DNA of 64,000 bases from NCBI RefSeq assembly GCF_009914755.1, contig NC_060929.1; one strand, given 5' to 3'. This document shows, in pieces, positions 31,403 through 48,781 of the stretch. The notes below the pieces were generated by a model. It ran no database searches. It was not told the DNA's origin and saw nothing but the letters and a program-made list of their open reading frames with translations. Position 1 is the first letter of the stretch; each line of letters begins with the position of its first letter. The stretch comes from the human T2T-CHM13v2.0 reference genome, Homo sapiens. The position numbers and the translations under genes were made by a program.

Positions 31403-34400
31403 ACCCTCACATCCACAACTTAGTAGGAGAGGTTTTAAGACATGTATAATAAGCAATGATTGTAACAGTGGGGATAATGGGTCTTCCAGTTTAAGACCCC
31501 AAAGGAAATATTAATTCTGACAGGTCAGACTGTCTTGCTCACATCTGAATGGCCCCCTGGGCCCTATGTAGGTGAAAGGTAAGAAAGTGTGCTTAGGCAT
31601 GAAAGAGATGAGGGGGCAACATGATTTGTGTAAAGTTGAGAAGTAGCAGTTGAAAGAGAAGAGCAATTTTTCACAGATCAAAGAGCATGCCCTTCTGCCC
31701 TGCCCCTCTGTGTTCATGCCCAAGTTCTTAGGAAGAAGAGATACATAAAAAGGTAAAAAGGTATTTACTGCTGACATCTCTTTAAGAAACCAGAGCATCA
31801 GGCTGTGATTCTTGGAGAAGTAGTTTACACTGGGTCCTCCTTCACTGAAGTGACTACTGCCACTTTAACAGGGAATAGAAATGGGGAGAGAGATGAAGCA
31901 GCCAGAGCCACCATGAACAGAGACCCAGACCCACATCCACCAAGGCCAAGAGTCAGAGCAGACCCAATGTGCCACACACGGGAAAGGAGGAAAGGCTGTT
32001 GTTGCCAGGAGGGCTGTGCTTATTAGCACACAGGAACATCCCTGGGGACTCCCTAAATGAGTACCTGAATATGTCCTAATGCAAATACGTGACTCTGGAA
32101 CTATATATCCGGTGGTTATGATCTTAGACCAGCTGCTCACTAGCTGTATTATCTCAGGAAATTATTAAACTTCTCTGAACCTTTTTATATATATATATAT
32201 ATTTTAAGTAGGGGTAACAATAACACTGTGAGGTGTTAGGATTTTTGTGAGGTTTAAAGAGCATGTGGTAAATGCTTAAACAATAATAGCTAATTTTAAA
32301 TGCAATTACCATTATTAATGTTATTATTATGAAGGAATTTTAGGAGATCTGGAATTCCCAAAAGTTGGTGAATAGCAATAAAAGAAATACTGCTTAGAAA
32401 ATGTTATTAGGATCCAATTCTACCCTGAAGCTGTTATGCCCTGGGAAGCATGGGGTAACATTAAAACTAAGTACGTGGCTTTGGACAATTTATTTAAGCT
32501 CCTTCAGCCTCAGTTTCTTCATCTGCACAACAGAGTCTTAGTGACATTTGCCCTTGTCCCTCACAGGGTTGTTACCAGGTTCTTTCCAACAATGGGCATG
32601 GAAGGAGCTTTGCAAAGAGCTGTTCCATATCACTGATGCCCAGCTGTCATTACTGTCACCAGCTCTGCCGTATGCAGCTCTGGGGTCTCAGAAATCTCAT
32701 TTTGGGGCTATTTTTAGGTCTATAAGATGCAGCTGCTCAGAGTCAATTGCTATACTAGTAGAATATTCTATGAACCACCTGTTAAGGCTGCCCCATGCAG
32801 AAGCCCTGGGACTAATCATCCCCTAGCTCCTGACTCGTGCAGCTCAAGAGACCAAAGGTAAATGTCTTTTTCCCACTGTTTCACTGTATTTACTTCCTGT
32901 TGCCTGACTACCTGCCTCCAGCATCAGTAATAGCCTCTGAGCCCTTGAGTATATTTATTTTCCATCTGCTCCCTCCCTTCTTGCAATAACAGTAATACAC
33001 CCCTAAAGATCCAGGTCCTGGAAATTATGGCCCAGAAAAGCATTCAAAACAGTGGAAGTATAATTTTTTCCCTCAAATTCTCACACACTGAATAATGTAG
33101 TGATAACGCTCAGAACACAGCAAAGCACAATTTAAACCGGTGGGCTCCCTTGTCTTGTATGTACGATGGTACATACATATGAGAGGTGACCATTGTCCAT
33201 GTTTCTTCTGGTCCAGAGGTAAGAAATAATCTGAGACTCCCTTAAGAAGTATGTACCTCCCAATAACTGCCCCTAATGGGATGCACCAACTGCAGTGGGC
33301 ACATGAAAGCATTTTCACTTCCTTCTCAGCCCATCTCTACAGATCTCCATGAAGCAGACTCCTCTCATCAAGCTTCAGCCCAAAGATATCTCTAGAGAGA
33401 GAGAAATGAAAATGCCTAAATACACTCTGAGGCTTGGAATGAAAGAGGCAATACTGATTCTAAGAAGGAATTTAAATCCAGCTAAGAGATAAAAAGATGT
33501 GGACCTTAAATAAAATTAAAATTTAGAGTTTATAAGAGAAGAGAAATTTGAAGAAGAATAAAAAATGCAAAAAGGGAGAATGTGAAACATTAGAGATTTG
33601 AAATATGGGAGGAGGCATGACAAGCCAAAAGAAATTTATGTTTATATAGTTTGAAGGAAACACTAAAAGTAATGGTGCAATTATCTGGGGGTAGAAAAAA
33701 AATACAAGAAGGAAAAAACAGGATGATAGCATTCATGGCCAGAGGTGCTGAGAACAGTAGAATTTGGAATGGAATATAGATGGACAGGGAGGGCAGATTC
33801 ATAAGAAGTTCTTTTCAATCATTCATGATATTGAAAGAAACATGAGACAACCATTCCCCAAGAAAGGACAGGCTTAACTTTCAAGAGGAGGGATTTAGGA
33901 TAGACATTAGAAAATAGCCTGGGTATAAGCATTGTGGGGAAAATGTGGAAATCCCATCTTTGAAGATATTAAGAAATAAGGGTAACTACTATCTTTTAGT
34001 AGTGGCTTAAGGGCAAACCTGGATACCTCGGATACCTGAGCTTTCACAAATGCATCCATCCATACGCAGCTATGATTCTGTGTTGAATTTTCTCGAATCC
34101 AATTCCCTCTTCACCACAGTATAATACACAGAGATTTTCTTAGAAGTCTTTGTTATTTACTGGGCTTACCTGTCCTGAATCAGCATCTTTAATGTATTGC
34201 ATCTCCCTGATCAGTATCCCGAGATCCCCTTAAAAATGTTTTACTTAGCTTTTCAGGGGCATGATTCTGTCATTTCTCTAGTCAGCACTGTCTGGCACAT
34301 AGATAGTACTTGATAAACTGTCCCTGGACTATTTTCCATTCTGAGAAGTGAAGAAAACCACTACAATAAAATAAAGCAAGGGTCAAGGAAGCCTCACCAA

Positions 34401-34474
34401 TGTCAAAGAAAAACAGATTGTTTTCTGTCTCTTCCACAGAAAGCCGGTTGATAAGAGTCCTTGAGTTTCACCCA

Positions 34475-35080
34475 TGTGACGGTTTTTATGTGTCAGTTTG
34501 ACTGGGCTAAAGGATGCCCAGAAGACTGGTGAGACATTAGTTCTGGGTGTGTCTGTGAGGGTGTTTCCAAAAGAGATTAATGTTTGAATCCATGGGCTGA
34601 ATAAAGAAGATCCACCCTCACCAATGCATGTAGGCACCATCCAATCTGTTGAGGGCCCAAATTGAACAAAAAGGAGGAGGAAGGGTGAATTCACTCCCTC
34701 TGTTTGAGCTGAACATCCATCTTCTCCTGTCCTTGGACATCAAAGCTCCTGATTCTAGGCTCTTCAGAGCTCAGAGCTTACACTAGCAGCTCCCTCCCTA
34801 CCCACTTTCCCCTCTTCATCCCCTGCCCCCAATTCTCAGACCCTTGGACTCCCACTGGGAGTTATACCATCTGCTCCCCTAGTTCTCAGGCCTTTGGATC
34901 TGTACTAAGTTACAACACCAGCTCTCCTGGTTCTCCAGCTTGCAGACACCAGCTTACAGAACTTCCCAGCCTCCAAAATGGCATGAGCCAATTCCTATAA
35001 CAAATCTCTCTTTTCCTTCCCCCCATCTCTCTCTATAGATAGATATATACAAATTTATAAAATAAATTTGTTCTCTGCCA
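34475..35080 (+). mobile_element. MLT2-family solo LTR (ERVL)
   Basis: ttttatgtgtcagtttgactgggctaaaggatgccca..ctgggtgtgtctgtgagggtgtttcc..catgagccaattcctataacaaatctc. Confidence 0.88.
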
Positions 35081-35774
35081 ATATTTAGAAGGGAGAACTG
35101 ACATATTAGGGTACTGATTGTCTGACTCAGATTCAACTTTATTCCACTCTTGAACACTCCAATCTGGAGTGCCTAAAGTCACCCAGAGAAGATTCTTTGG
35201 GTCCTAGAAGGTGAGTGAGTGCTACTCAATAAAGATTGACACAGAGCTCCAGACCTCAGACCAGGCAGCACCCTGGTTTTCCAAATGCCAGTCAATCACA
35301 TGTCATCTCCAAGATTTTGTCATATCTGCATATCATCCATTCATATCACCATTAATTACTTAATATTCGCCTCTACATTGTCTGTAAGTAAATCATCCTG
35401 GGTTTTTGTTTATACTTGTCCTAAGTCATAACATGTGAGAAATTATAACTTGAGGATGTGATGTTCACTTATACCTTAAATTAATAATACAACTTTAAAA
35501 ATAAAAATATGTATGAATGAGCCACCTACTATTTCCCCAGTGATAGGAAACCCCAGTGATTCTGCCCAGGGTTACATTTCAAGTTACAGTCCAGCCATTC
35601 TCAATCTTTTTTTCTTTCCACCGAGACATACATAGATGGCATTGCCATGGCCAGCACAATCCCATGTGAGTGTCTGAACTTCTGGGCAACTTCTTGCGGA
35701 AAACCTGGAGCCCTACCCTATTTTTTTCTTATTCGAGGAAGTATATCAGAATACAAGTGAGTGAACATAATTAT

Positions 35775-36487
35775 AGGGATAACCATGAAACCACTAATTT
35801 GTGGAAAATAATATCTTTCTCACATTGCTGCTGAGAGGCCAAAATGAAACAATGAAGCATTTAGCAGGGCGCTTAGCACATAGTAGGCACTCAATAATTT
35901 GTTCCTCTTTGTTTACATGAATTACTCAACAACTTCAGTGATTTTTGCTCAGTTAAAAAAAAATTGATGTGATCTCATTACCAAAGGTTACTGTGTCTGC
36001 AGACCATGGCCATTCCTTACACCAGCAGGAGCTGCTCCAAGAAGAAGGTGGTCATCTCCCCTAAGGAACACTTTCTCCTGGTCTCCAGGAAATTATTTTT
36101 CTATTAATTCAGGGCATCATGAGTCCATATTTATTTTTTATTTACTTCACAGCTAAGAAAATTGAGATCCGCATAATATCTTTTCCTTCCAGAACCTTAT
36201 CTTATTACTCTAAGTAGAAGAATTACCTTGGTTCTAACAGGCTAGTGGATTCTATAGAAATCAACTATTTCGGAAAAATATGAGTTTATGTTGGCTACTT
36301 AGGAAAGATAAAAGAGTTATCCCGTTTTCCATAAGAAATAGGAAATAGAAATAAAAGAAATAAGAATAAGAAATAGGAAAAGGTAAATATACTGACAGGG
36401 ATAACCATGAAACCACTAATTTAAGGGAAAAAATACCTTCCTCACATTGCTGATGAGGGCCAAAATGAAACAATGAAGCATTTAGCA
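35775..36487 (+). repeat. Local direct duplication of ~92 bp (35775-35866 and 36397-36487)
   Basis: Both copies begin agggataaccatgaaaccactaattt and end ggccaaaatgaaacaatgaagcatttagca. Confidence 0.9.
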
Positions 36488-38431
36488 AGGTGTAATATAT
36501 GAAATAGGAAAATAAATAGGAAAAATACATGTTTATTGAAAAAATATTCTTTAAAAGGCACTGTGATAAGAGCAGTGGAGGAATACAAAAACATTCTTTT
36601 TATCAAGTCACTTACAGTCTAGTAGAAAAGACAAAACATGTATAATATGAAGCAAAATTAGGTAAATGTCATAACATTTAGCTTCTAACATTTTGTCATG
36701 AAAATACTTCCAGAGCTTTAGGTTGCTCATTCCTGTTCCCGGGTTTCTGAACCCATTTGGAATCTTTATTGACTACTCCAAAGTATGTATGGTTAAGTAA
36801 TATTGGACCAGTTAAATTTTGTCATGGCACAAGACATCTTCAGACATAAAGCCGACACATCTCACATCTCATTGCTTCCTGTGGCAGATCTAACACCTGA
36901 GGATGTCTGAGGGTCTGGATGCACAGCAGACCCAGCTCAGCCATGGAGTCACTTCACCATGGAGGGGACTAACAATTACAAAAGGTGGAGGTTGCTTGCA
37001 TGCTAGAGAATCAGTAATAACCTCAACTCTTGATTAAGTATTTTAAAAACTTCTGTAGTAAGAGCTATTCCACAAAAATATTTTTACAGTATTATAAACA
37101 TTGCTAAATATAGCTCTCTTAAGTCATGTGACATCTTTTCTCTAAGTTTGCTCCTGATATTGTTATATTGGGTTTTAACTTCAGGAGCATTTTGTGAAAT
37201 ACTTACATCATAGGTGAGAAAGTAGACAAACAGCCAAGGGGAAAAAAGAAAACTTTGAACCGAGCCCAAGAGAAAACGTTTAAATATTTGAATATAGTGG
37301 TATTCAAGGTTCCTTCTGAAGGGGTGGAGGAGAGTGAAATAAAATAAGGTGACTTCTAGAGACAATACCTATGTCCTTTGGGAGTAGCTCAGTGTATCAG
37401 AAAACACAGGCTCCAAAGATGGGCAGAATGAACTTCCAATTCCAGTCCTATCACTGACTTATGATCTTGAGCACATTCCTTCACCTCTATCTGTGATCCT
37501 TTCTTCCCTCACTGGAGCACAGCGCTCATAAAACCTACTTCATGGAGCTATTACGAGGATTAAATGAGATTACACATATAAAGCACCTGCACAACAGCAT
37601 TCACAAATACTTGTTCCCTGCAGTTCCCTGCAATGTGAAAGACTGAGATGTGGCCTGCCAACTGCTCTGGGAGGGCCCTATTCATTCATTCAGAATTACT
37701 TTTTGAACACCAGTAGGTATAAGTAATTGTGCTAGCACTAGGAATATAATAATGACTAAGACCCTCAGGAGCTCCCATTTCCTATCATTCTAGGAATTTT
37801 AGGCCCTGTCTTCCATTAGAGAATTTCCTAAAGATGGAGAAAGCACTGATAGAGAATGGGTATGCACAAAGACATGCAGCTTAAACTTCAGTGGCAGATC
37901 CAGAATTTGAGCTCCTCTCCATAATCTGTTTTTACCTCTCAGTGCATTAAAATCCTACTTAAGTGAAGAGAGAAAAGGTAGAGAAATGCAAGTGTTAAGT
38001 GAGTGATTTAGGTTGTTAGGAGTACGATCTGTAGTGGAGGTGAGGAGCCAGAGGAAAGGCCCACGCAGAAAAAAGAAGCCAATTTTGACTACTTCCACAG
38101 TCCTTTTTATAATAGTTTTTTCTCTTTTTGTTGAAATTGCAGTTGATTTGGATGGCAAGATGGTAGAACAAATCATGAAGTGACAGGTAGGAGAAGAAGA
38201 GCATTTTGGAAAAGAAATAGTTCATGAGTCTCTGAGACATGTAAGTCAGTATTTCCCTAAGTACTGGGGTGCACATCAAAGATTCTTACACGAATGAAGG
38301 ACCTGCAGAACCCCAAAGAGACTCTCTAACAAATACTACTAAGTCCCCTGAAAACCACCAACTGCACTAAGGCTGCAGAGTTAGGTATGTGCTTTGATTC
38401 CAGCAGTACAATGCAGTGTAAAGAAACCTAG

Positions 38432-38731
<300 letters not shown>

Positions 38732-40289
38732 AAACCTAGTTCTAGGCTCAGTTTAACATATTTCTGGGGTATGCATCTTTGAAGTAAGTAGCTTAATTTC
38801 TCTGAATTTCACCTGTAAAGCAGTAGGGCTAGCCTGCTCATATCAAAGGATTAGTAAGGAAATGGAAGGAAACTGTGTTTTAAAAATTCTTTGTTTTGTA
38901 TGGCCTTGACTTCTTCAAGGTGATGAGATTCTCAATAGTGAAGATAAAATGCCCAGAAGCCAAGAGATTTCTTGAACCAGCTCTGTTGGAAGCACCATTC
39001 AGAGAAGAACCACAGTGTTATTTTAGAGTCCTCAATTATATCATAACTTGCCTTATCTGTATAGCTGGAAAAAAATAAGCACGTCTAAGGTGTTCTATTG
39101 GCCCAAGACTCTTGGTTACAATATTCTGTGGATCCTAGACAGATCCATGTAAGCAGATGTCCCCTAAACCCTTTCTTGTGAAAAAATAATACATTTTTAT
39201 ACAAGAGAGAGGAGATGGGGCCTCATCAGGGAAACTGACAAGGCCTACTCCAGGATATAGTATTATTCTTTCAGTTGATCAACTCTTGACATTTTGGAAG
39301 GCAGAAAGTACTCTGCAGATGTTAATCATAAATGATGATTTCGGGAAACAATAGACCAGAGAGATTATGTCCCCAGATGGCAGCCTCCAGCACACTCTGA
39401 AATGAATTGCCTCACTCAGTCTAGCATTCCTCTAAGAGGTCTCTAGCAGCACAGCCTTGCCCAGAGAGACTAGAGAGACTGGGAAACCAAGAGAAAGACT
39501 GTACTACATTGAAATAAAACTTATTTAAAATAAAACTCAGCAACAAGAACATTGGGAACTAGCCTTGGTATGAATGTCTTCAGACTGAGCTCCTTAGAGA
39601 ATTCTTTTCTTTCATCCGGCCCTGGAGGGACAGTGGATCTAGGTCTTTAGATATCACCAAATTCAATACTGGATTTTGTTATTTGAGTATAACCAAGGCA
39701 GGACTTTATTATATCACTTAGACTGGAAAATATTCCTGTGCACTTAAAGAAAACACTTGGCAGCCCCTGGTTTCTAGTTGGCTATTTTGCAATGGACATA
39801 ATTTTCTTATTATGCTTATTAGCCTCTAATTTTATGATGTGTAATATATTCATCTTTCTGGTTTCTTTATGTGTAAGCCAGCTTAAAAGGGCATTGCAGG
39901 ACAACTGAAGAAGATACACGCTTTTAAAACCGTATTAGGATATTCTCTTAGTGTAGGCTCCCTTCCTTAAATCCTTTCTTCCCAATTTAGAATCAATCAT
40001 CCTTTCCCCCTAGATAAAGGTGTCGCTTTCCTTCCGACTCATCTAGAATGTAAACCTACATGACGGCTCTCAGAATCTTCTCTTTTGCTGAGAAAAGAAA
40101 TGATTCCCCCTTTATACAGACCACAGCCTCAGGAATTCTACTGAACATAAAATGAGAAAAGCATACTCCTGAAGTTGCTTAAAATCAGATTTTTCATCCT
40201 AAATCCTGAAATCATATCTTCTCCATTGCCCCCAGTGCACTATTTTGGTTCATGAATCTTTCTTTTTTCTTTTTCCCTTGTAGTCTCGA

Positions 40290-40690
40290 GCATGAAGTTT
40301 TGGCCAGGGCACTGGAGACAGAGTTAGAAGATCTGGGTTCAAGTCATGATTCTGACACTTATTTGTTGGCAACAGCTAATTTACAGCTGTGAGGCGGAAG
40401 TACTCCCTGCTTGCCTGGACGCCTGTGGAGATGAACGAGACACAATGGTTACGTGCAGGGTGTCTGAGAGTAAGGAGCATGGGGCCTGCAACCAAGGTGC
40501 TTGGCTCTGAATCCTGGCTCTGCTACTAGCTATGTGATCTGAGGCCCGCTTAGTTTCCTCACCTGGGAACAGGAGATGCTAATGATAGTACCTGTATAAT
40601 AGGGTTGTTGTGAGAACCGACTGATACCTGGAAAGTATGTAGAACAGTGCCTGACACATCATCGGTGCTCAGTACATGTTAGCATTTTAT
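40290..40690 (+). mobile_element. MIR fragments
   Basis: gatctgggttcaagtc..; tctgaatcctggctctgctactagctatgtgatct..agggttgttgtgag..agaacagtgcctgacaca. Confidence 0.7.
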
Positions 40691-41020
40691 TAGAGGCTTC
40701 TTTCTTTTTGGTCTAAGTAGTAAATCAATCATCACACCTCACCAATTCTTTCAGAGATGATTCCTCCTTTTCATTCCCATTACCTCCAGTCCAGGCCTCT
40801 ATTTTGCCCCTCCCAAGCCACTGAGCAATAGCATTGCTGGACTCTCTAACCTCATTTCTTCTATTCCCTCCTGCACCTGGCTCCAAATCGATCATCTCAA
40901 AACATCACTTTAAGCCAATTACATTCATGCTTCCAATTCTTGGTGATTCTCAAATACCTATAGAAGAATTGTAATACCTTAGACTACAATTGAGACATTA
41001 TAAACTGAGCCCACCATACC

Positions 41021-41342
41021 TTTTTTTTTTTTTTCTGGGAATGAGTCTCGCTCTGTCGCCCAGGCTGGGGTGCAGTAGCGCAATCTCGACTCACTGCAAG
41101 CTCCGCCTCCCGGGTTCACGCCATTCTCCCGCCTCAGACTCCTTAGTAGCTGGGGACTACAGGCGCGCGCCACCACGCCCAACTAATTGTGTGGTTTTTG
41201 TTTGTTTGTTTGTTTGTATTTTTAGTAGAGACGGAGTTTCACCCTGTTAGCCAGGATGGTCTCTATCTCCTGACCTCGTGATCCATCCGCCTCGGCCTCC
41301 CAAAGTGCTGGGATTACAGGCATGAGCCACCGCGCCCAGCCC
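41021..41342 (-). mobile_element. AluY-like, CpG-rich, with an expanded middle A-rich linker
   Basis: ctgcaagctccgcctcccgggttcacgccattctcc diagnostic; TSD accatacctttt. Confidence 0.95.
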
Positions 41343-41922
41343 GACCATACCTTTTGAACCATCTCTCTCTCACACGTAATCTCTCTACTCTTAGCAAAAT
41401 AATTTCCCCTTAGTTCTTGAATGTAGCTTGTGATTTCATGCCTCACTGTTTTTATTTATTCTTTTCTTCCTGCTTAGAACATCCTCCCTTTCCGGGCAGT
41501 GAATGGGAGGGAGTGTAGTATAGTGATTAAGAGCCCCAGCTTAGATGTCTGACAGGCCTCGTTTACCTTCTGGCTCCATAACTTGGCAGGCATGTGATCT
41601 TGGGCAACTTCAATGCCAATTCCGTGTGCTGAACAAGGACACTCTTAGCATAGTAAGAGAAAAATCCACTTACAGTGATAAAAGTATTGATTCAGAGGGC
41701 TTTAATTGCTTTTTAGTTCATTATGTTTTACTACAATAAGTGAATGAGAACCCAAAACAAAATTAGAATTTTCTTCTCTCTGTTGTCCTAGTACATTTTC
41801 CGTTTTCTACTAAAGATCTTCGGACTTCTCAGGAAACTCATCCAGGATTTGACAACCTTCAACTTAATCTCAAGGCTAATTCCTTTATTATGACATTCTT
41901 ACTCTGCACAAAGCTACTCTAA

Positions 41923-41925
<3 letters not shown>

Positions 41926-41972
<47 letters not shown>
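41926..41972 (+). repeat. (CT)n microsatellite
   Basis: Perfect run of roughly 23 units. Confidence 0.95.
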
Positions 41973-41975
<3 letters not shown>

Positions 41976-42939
41976 ACCTGAGAACAATGACCCAGCTTTC
42001 AGATTAGCAGGACACAAGTGACTTGGGTGTGGGAGATCTCTGCACTGGTGAGGTCAGGAACATTAGCCTTAGGAATGCAGTGAAAGACAGGGAAGTCAAA
42101 GAGAAATTACCTAGGCCAGAAAATTGTCAACAAGTCAGGAAAGGGGAGCATGGAACATTGTTTGTTGTTTTATTTCCAAACATAGAAATATAAGACAGGC
42201 AAAAGCTAAACTGGTCTCCCCAGCAAAGAGGACACCAGCCTGGCTCCTCCCTCCTCAGCCTTTCTCAGTTCTTCTAGATCTCTTTCTTGTCAAACACTGA
42301 AGGAACTTTTCAGATTGTTTCAATCTATAATGCACAGAAACAAGTTTACATCAAAGTCTACTTCTCTTCATGTCTCAGTGCTAGGAGTCTCATGATCAGA
42401 GAACATGTGTCGCCCTCTGAGGCCATTTTTCCACTCATCTGCCCTCCCATCTGCTCACCTCCTATCCTTCTTCTTTTCCCTCCCTCTTAACCCTTTCCTC
42501 TGTGTTTGAGAAAAAAATTAAAAAGCTCCCCAACACTTTCAAATATTTTGCTCTGTCTTAGCTCATTGGTTCTCCTGGCCCCTGCAGAATCTGATTTAGT
42601 TAGCCTGGGTCTAGCCCTGGCGTGGATGTTCTGTTGTTTTGGTTTTGTTTGTTTAACATCCCTAGGTGTTTCCAGGGTGTACCCAGTCTAAAGAACTATT
42701 GCCTTAACTGGTACCTAGATTATCTCCTGGCAAACATGCTTCCTGCGCCTCTCTCTGGAGATTCCACATCCTCCCATACCAGAGTACTGCCAGACAAGAT
42801 GGGACCGTCAATCTCAGGCCCCACATTGCCTCTTCCAGACCGTGGGTCTCCCATCCGCATGCACAAAGGAAAACATTTCCTGAAAGTACTTTATTTGCGT
42901 GCCCCACACACCTTCTCCCCACCACCACCAACCTTATCT

Positions 42940-43660
<721 letters not shown>

Positions 43661-43900
43661 TTACTAAGCATATTTTTGGAACTATAATGTAGAGACACAG
43701 CACAGAAAGTAAAAATCCAAGGCAACTCTCTCTATTTTTTAGAAGAAAAATAAGCAAGTGACAAGAAAACCCATATATATAGAAAGTATTTTTTAGAATA
43801 TATTTCTGGTCACCTACTAAGGACAGTATTTTTCATCTCTCACTACTTTACCGTCAGTGACCCAGATCTTCTATGACAATCCCATTCTGTTGATGGTGGC

Positions 43901-44388
43901 TGTGGTGGGCAAAATAAATCCCCACCCCCACCCCCACTGCCAAAAACATCCATGTCTCAAACCCTGGAACCTATGAATATGTTCCATTGCATGGCAAAAG
44001 GGACTTTGCAGATGTGATTAAACTAAAGACCTTAAGATAGGGAGATTATCCTGGAGATTATCAGGGTGGGCCCAATGTGATCACAAGGGTCCTTCTAAGT
44101 AAAAGAGGGAGGCAGGAGAGTCAGGGTCAGGATGATGCAATGTGTGAAAGACTCCACCTGCCACTGCTGGCTTGGAAGACGGAGGAAAAGCTCAAGAACG
44201 CAAGTGGCCTCTAGAAGCTGGAAAAGGCAAGAAAGCAGAATCTCCGCTGGAGCCTCCAGAAAGGAAAGCAACCCTGACCACATCTTGATTTTAGCCCAGT
44301 GAGAGGCCAGAATTGTAAGACAGTAGATCTGTGTTGTTTCAAGCTGCTAGATTTGTGGTGATTTGTTAAAGCAATAGAAAACTAATAC
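43901..44388 (+). mobile_element. MaLR solo LTR (MLT1D-like)
   Basis: catggcaaaagggactttgcagatgtgattaa..gggagattatcctgga..tctagaagctggaaaaggcaag..gaaaactaatac. Confidence 0.88.
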
Positions 44389-46073
44389 TGTGGGTATAAA
44401 AATGTTCCTAGAGTACACTCATACCTGTCAGTGCATGCTTCTGCTTTGAGTTAATGTCACCTCTGCCACAGTTATATTATTGTGAGATAATCACGGGTAG
44501 TCTTGTTGATGACCTTGAATCATTACAAGATCCTGAGTCATCAATGAAAGAAAAAGCCGCTATAACTCCAATCCTTTACCTACTCAATCATGGAAAGGAG
44601 GATACAATATAGTCCATGTCCTATATAGACATAATATGATGGAGCACAAAACAAGAGCCTGGAAAAATGCATGAAACAGTTCTTGACTTTGGACTCCAGC
44701 CTGCCTTTTGAATAGGTTGGAGACCGAGGACCTCTGGTATACTAGTCATCAGTCCTTTCAATCTATTGTGTCTCCTGCTGAAGGACACCAGGCTTCATTC
44801 TAAAGCTGGGATCTTGGGATGGAGGCAGAGAGGAAGGGGAGAAGAGACAGAGGTTCTTACACTGTCCATTCTCAGGGTGTGAGAGATGCAAAGTAAACAG
44901 ACTTGCTGCACTGCCTGGATTAATCATATTGTGGGCATCTCCTGCAGGCCATTATGCAAAAAGGTGTTTATCCTTTGTCCCAGTCTGTCTGGAGGAGGAG
45001 GAAGTGAGAAGGAAAAAAAAAAAACAGCCTATCAGTGGTGAACTCATACATATTTTAGAATAATTCATTGAATTTTAGAAGGAAATTTGAGTTAACCCTA
45101 AGTTAGCCATAACTTTTACAGAACCAGTATTCCTCATTTTCTGGACTTTCTGGTCATTCAGTATCTTAGCGGACAGCTTATTGTTTGGGCTTTAAAAATG
45201 CTTTTCTTTTAGCTACTGTAATACTTTGCATCCTTCCTTCTCCTCACTGAAGCACAGAACCAATTGAGAGAGTCAAAGGAGCCAGAAAGGTGGAGAAGAA
45301 AACATCAGCTTTATTACTGGTAAGCTATTTGGAGAACAGTCTTTAGGTGTGGAGCAACAATAAGCTTCTAATATAGCACCAAATCATTAAGCAGAAGGAC
45401 CTACTCAGTCACGAGCAGCTGGCAAATAGTGACCCTTTCCCAGTGACAGAGCTCCCCACAGTCATATCCCAGGGAGAATCCTGAAGGGGCTGAGACCCGC
45501 GTGGCTGTCCGGTCTTCACCTCCCCATCAGTAAGTCATTTGTTCCAGGGAAGAGTAAGTGATGCAGGAAGAGAGGCCAGGATCGTTAGGCTTGTGGAAGC
45601 TCTTTAACATTGATATATTGAAGAAGAGGGAATCAATGTTCTCCACCTGATAGTTACTTCTAAATGGCAGCAAATAAAACTATGCTATAATTAAGCTAAC
45701 TAAGTAATTATATATAGAGAAATTTGAAAGCAAAATTAGCAAGAGCTGACTAAAGATCCATCACTCCCAAGCACCCCTGGAAGCAGCAGCCTCCCTCTTA
45801 GTGTAATGAACAGTCTGAGGTGTGTTACTTACGATATGGTATGGCTATTTTCAAACGATGTCTGTTGTCTTTAGAATTCAGAGCTTTTTCAAAGTATCCC
45901 TATAGTAACATTATTCTTACCTCATTTCAGATTTACTTTCTTGAGTGGGAGAGAAAGGGGAGAAACTACAGATAACATTCCAGAAATTACACATAAGCCA
46001 GTCTACCTTGTCTGTGAAGAAGCTCCTAGTGAAGGACATTTAGTGACAGCATTAAGAGTTGTGGCAATTGTGA

Positions 46074-46436
<363 letters not shown>

Positions 46437-46543
46437 TAAGGATAAATTTGATTAAGAAAGCAAGTGAAATATGTTTTAAAAGCACATCTTCGAGTGACCT
46501 TACAAACATCTTTTGGTTAATAACAGAACTATAATATCAAGTA

Positions 46544-48118
<1,575 letters not shown>

Positions 48119-48689
48119 AATATCAAGTAAATGCAGACCATGCAATGAAATCTGTGAAATTTGCAAGAATAATATTAATGTCATTATAAAAGGTTAAAAA
48201 ATACAGTCCACATGTCACAATTTTAACAATAAAATAGGGGAGTTTTTGTTTTATTCTTCGGTTGTACATACTCATTCCTGCAGAGCATGAGTCTAGACAA
48301 AAACTTAAGCATTTTTAAAGTAATGGTCACAATTCTTAAAACCAGATTAGCCATACTTTTTTAAATAAAATAATCATTTTGAGACTTTAGTGGCTTATTT
48401 AATTATTCATTTGCTCATAAAATGAAATTATGAATGCTTTTATGAACAAAGTGGCCCTGAGAAAAGGCCTATGGCAACTTTCCTTCCCTTTCACTAACCC
48501 TCCCAGTTTGATGGGATTTTGCAAATCTGACGATACTGTATATTATGCTTGCAAATTGCTAAGAAACAAGTTGAAAGAATGAGTACTCCTCTTTTCTGCC
48601 CTGAAATCAGCCTCAATCCTCCTTCTTAGGAAAGCTTTAAGTTGGTCAAGAACAAGATTTGCCCTTAACAACAAATCAGTGCTATTGCT

Positions 48690-48781
48690 GGGTGATTCTG
48701 ACATAGGTAAAGCAACCTCCAATCAGAGAGAAGCCTCTGAAGTCTGACTGTGACATGTCTCTATAAAGATGAGCACTCCCA
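48690..48781 (+). promoter_or_regulatory. Putative orphaned H2B.L promoter (CCAAT 48719-48723, TATAAA 48762-48767)
   Basis: Removing the L1 and one TSD copy places TATAAA ~78 bp upstream of the H2B.L ATG, with CCAAT ~40 bp further upstream. Confidence 0.6.

Noticed and set aside
34021-35560. Short direct repeats (ggatacct x2 at 34021; ccccagtgat x2 near 35535)
   Set aside because: Isolated slippage-type duplications with no repeat-spacer array; nothing CRISPR-like.
41021-41342. Assigning the species from AluY/L1 diagnostics
   Set aside because: The variants are suggestive but insufficient without a database search; only 'simian primate' is supportable.
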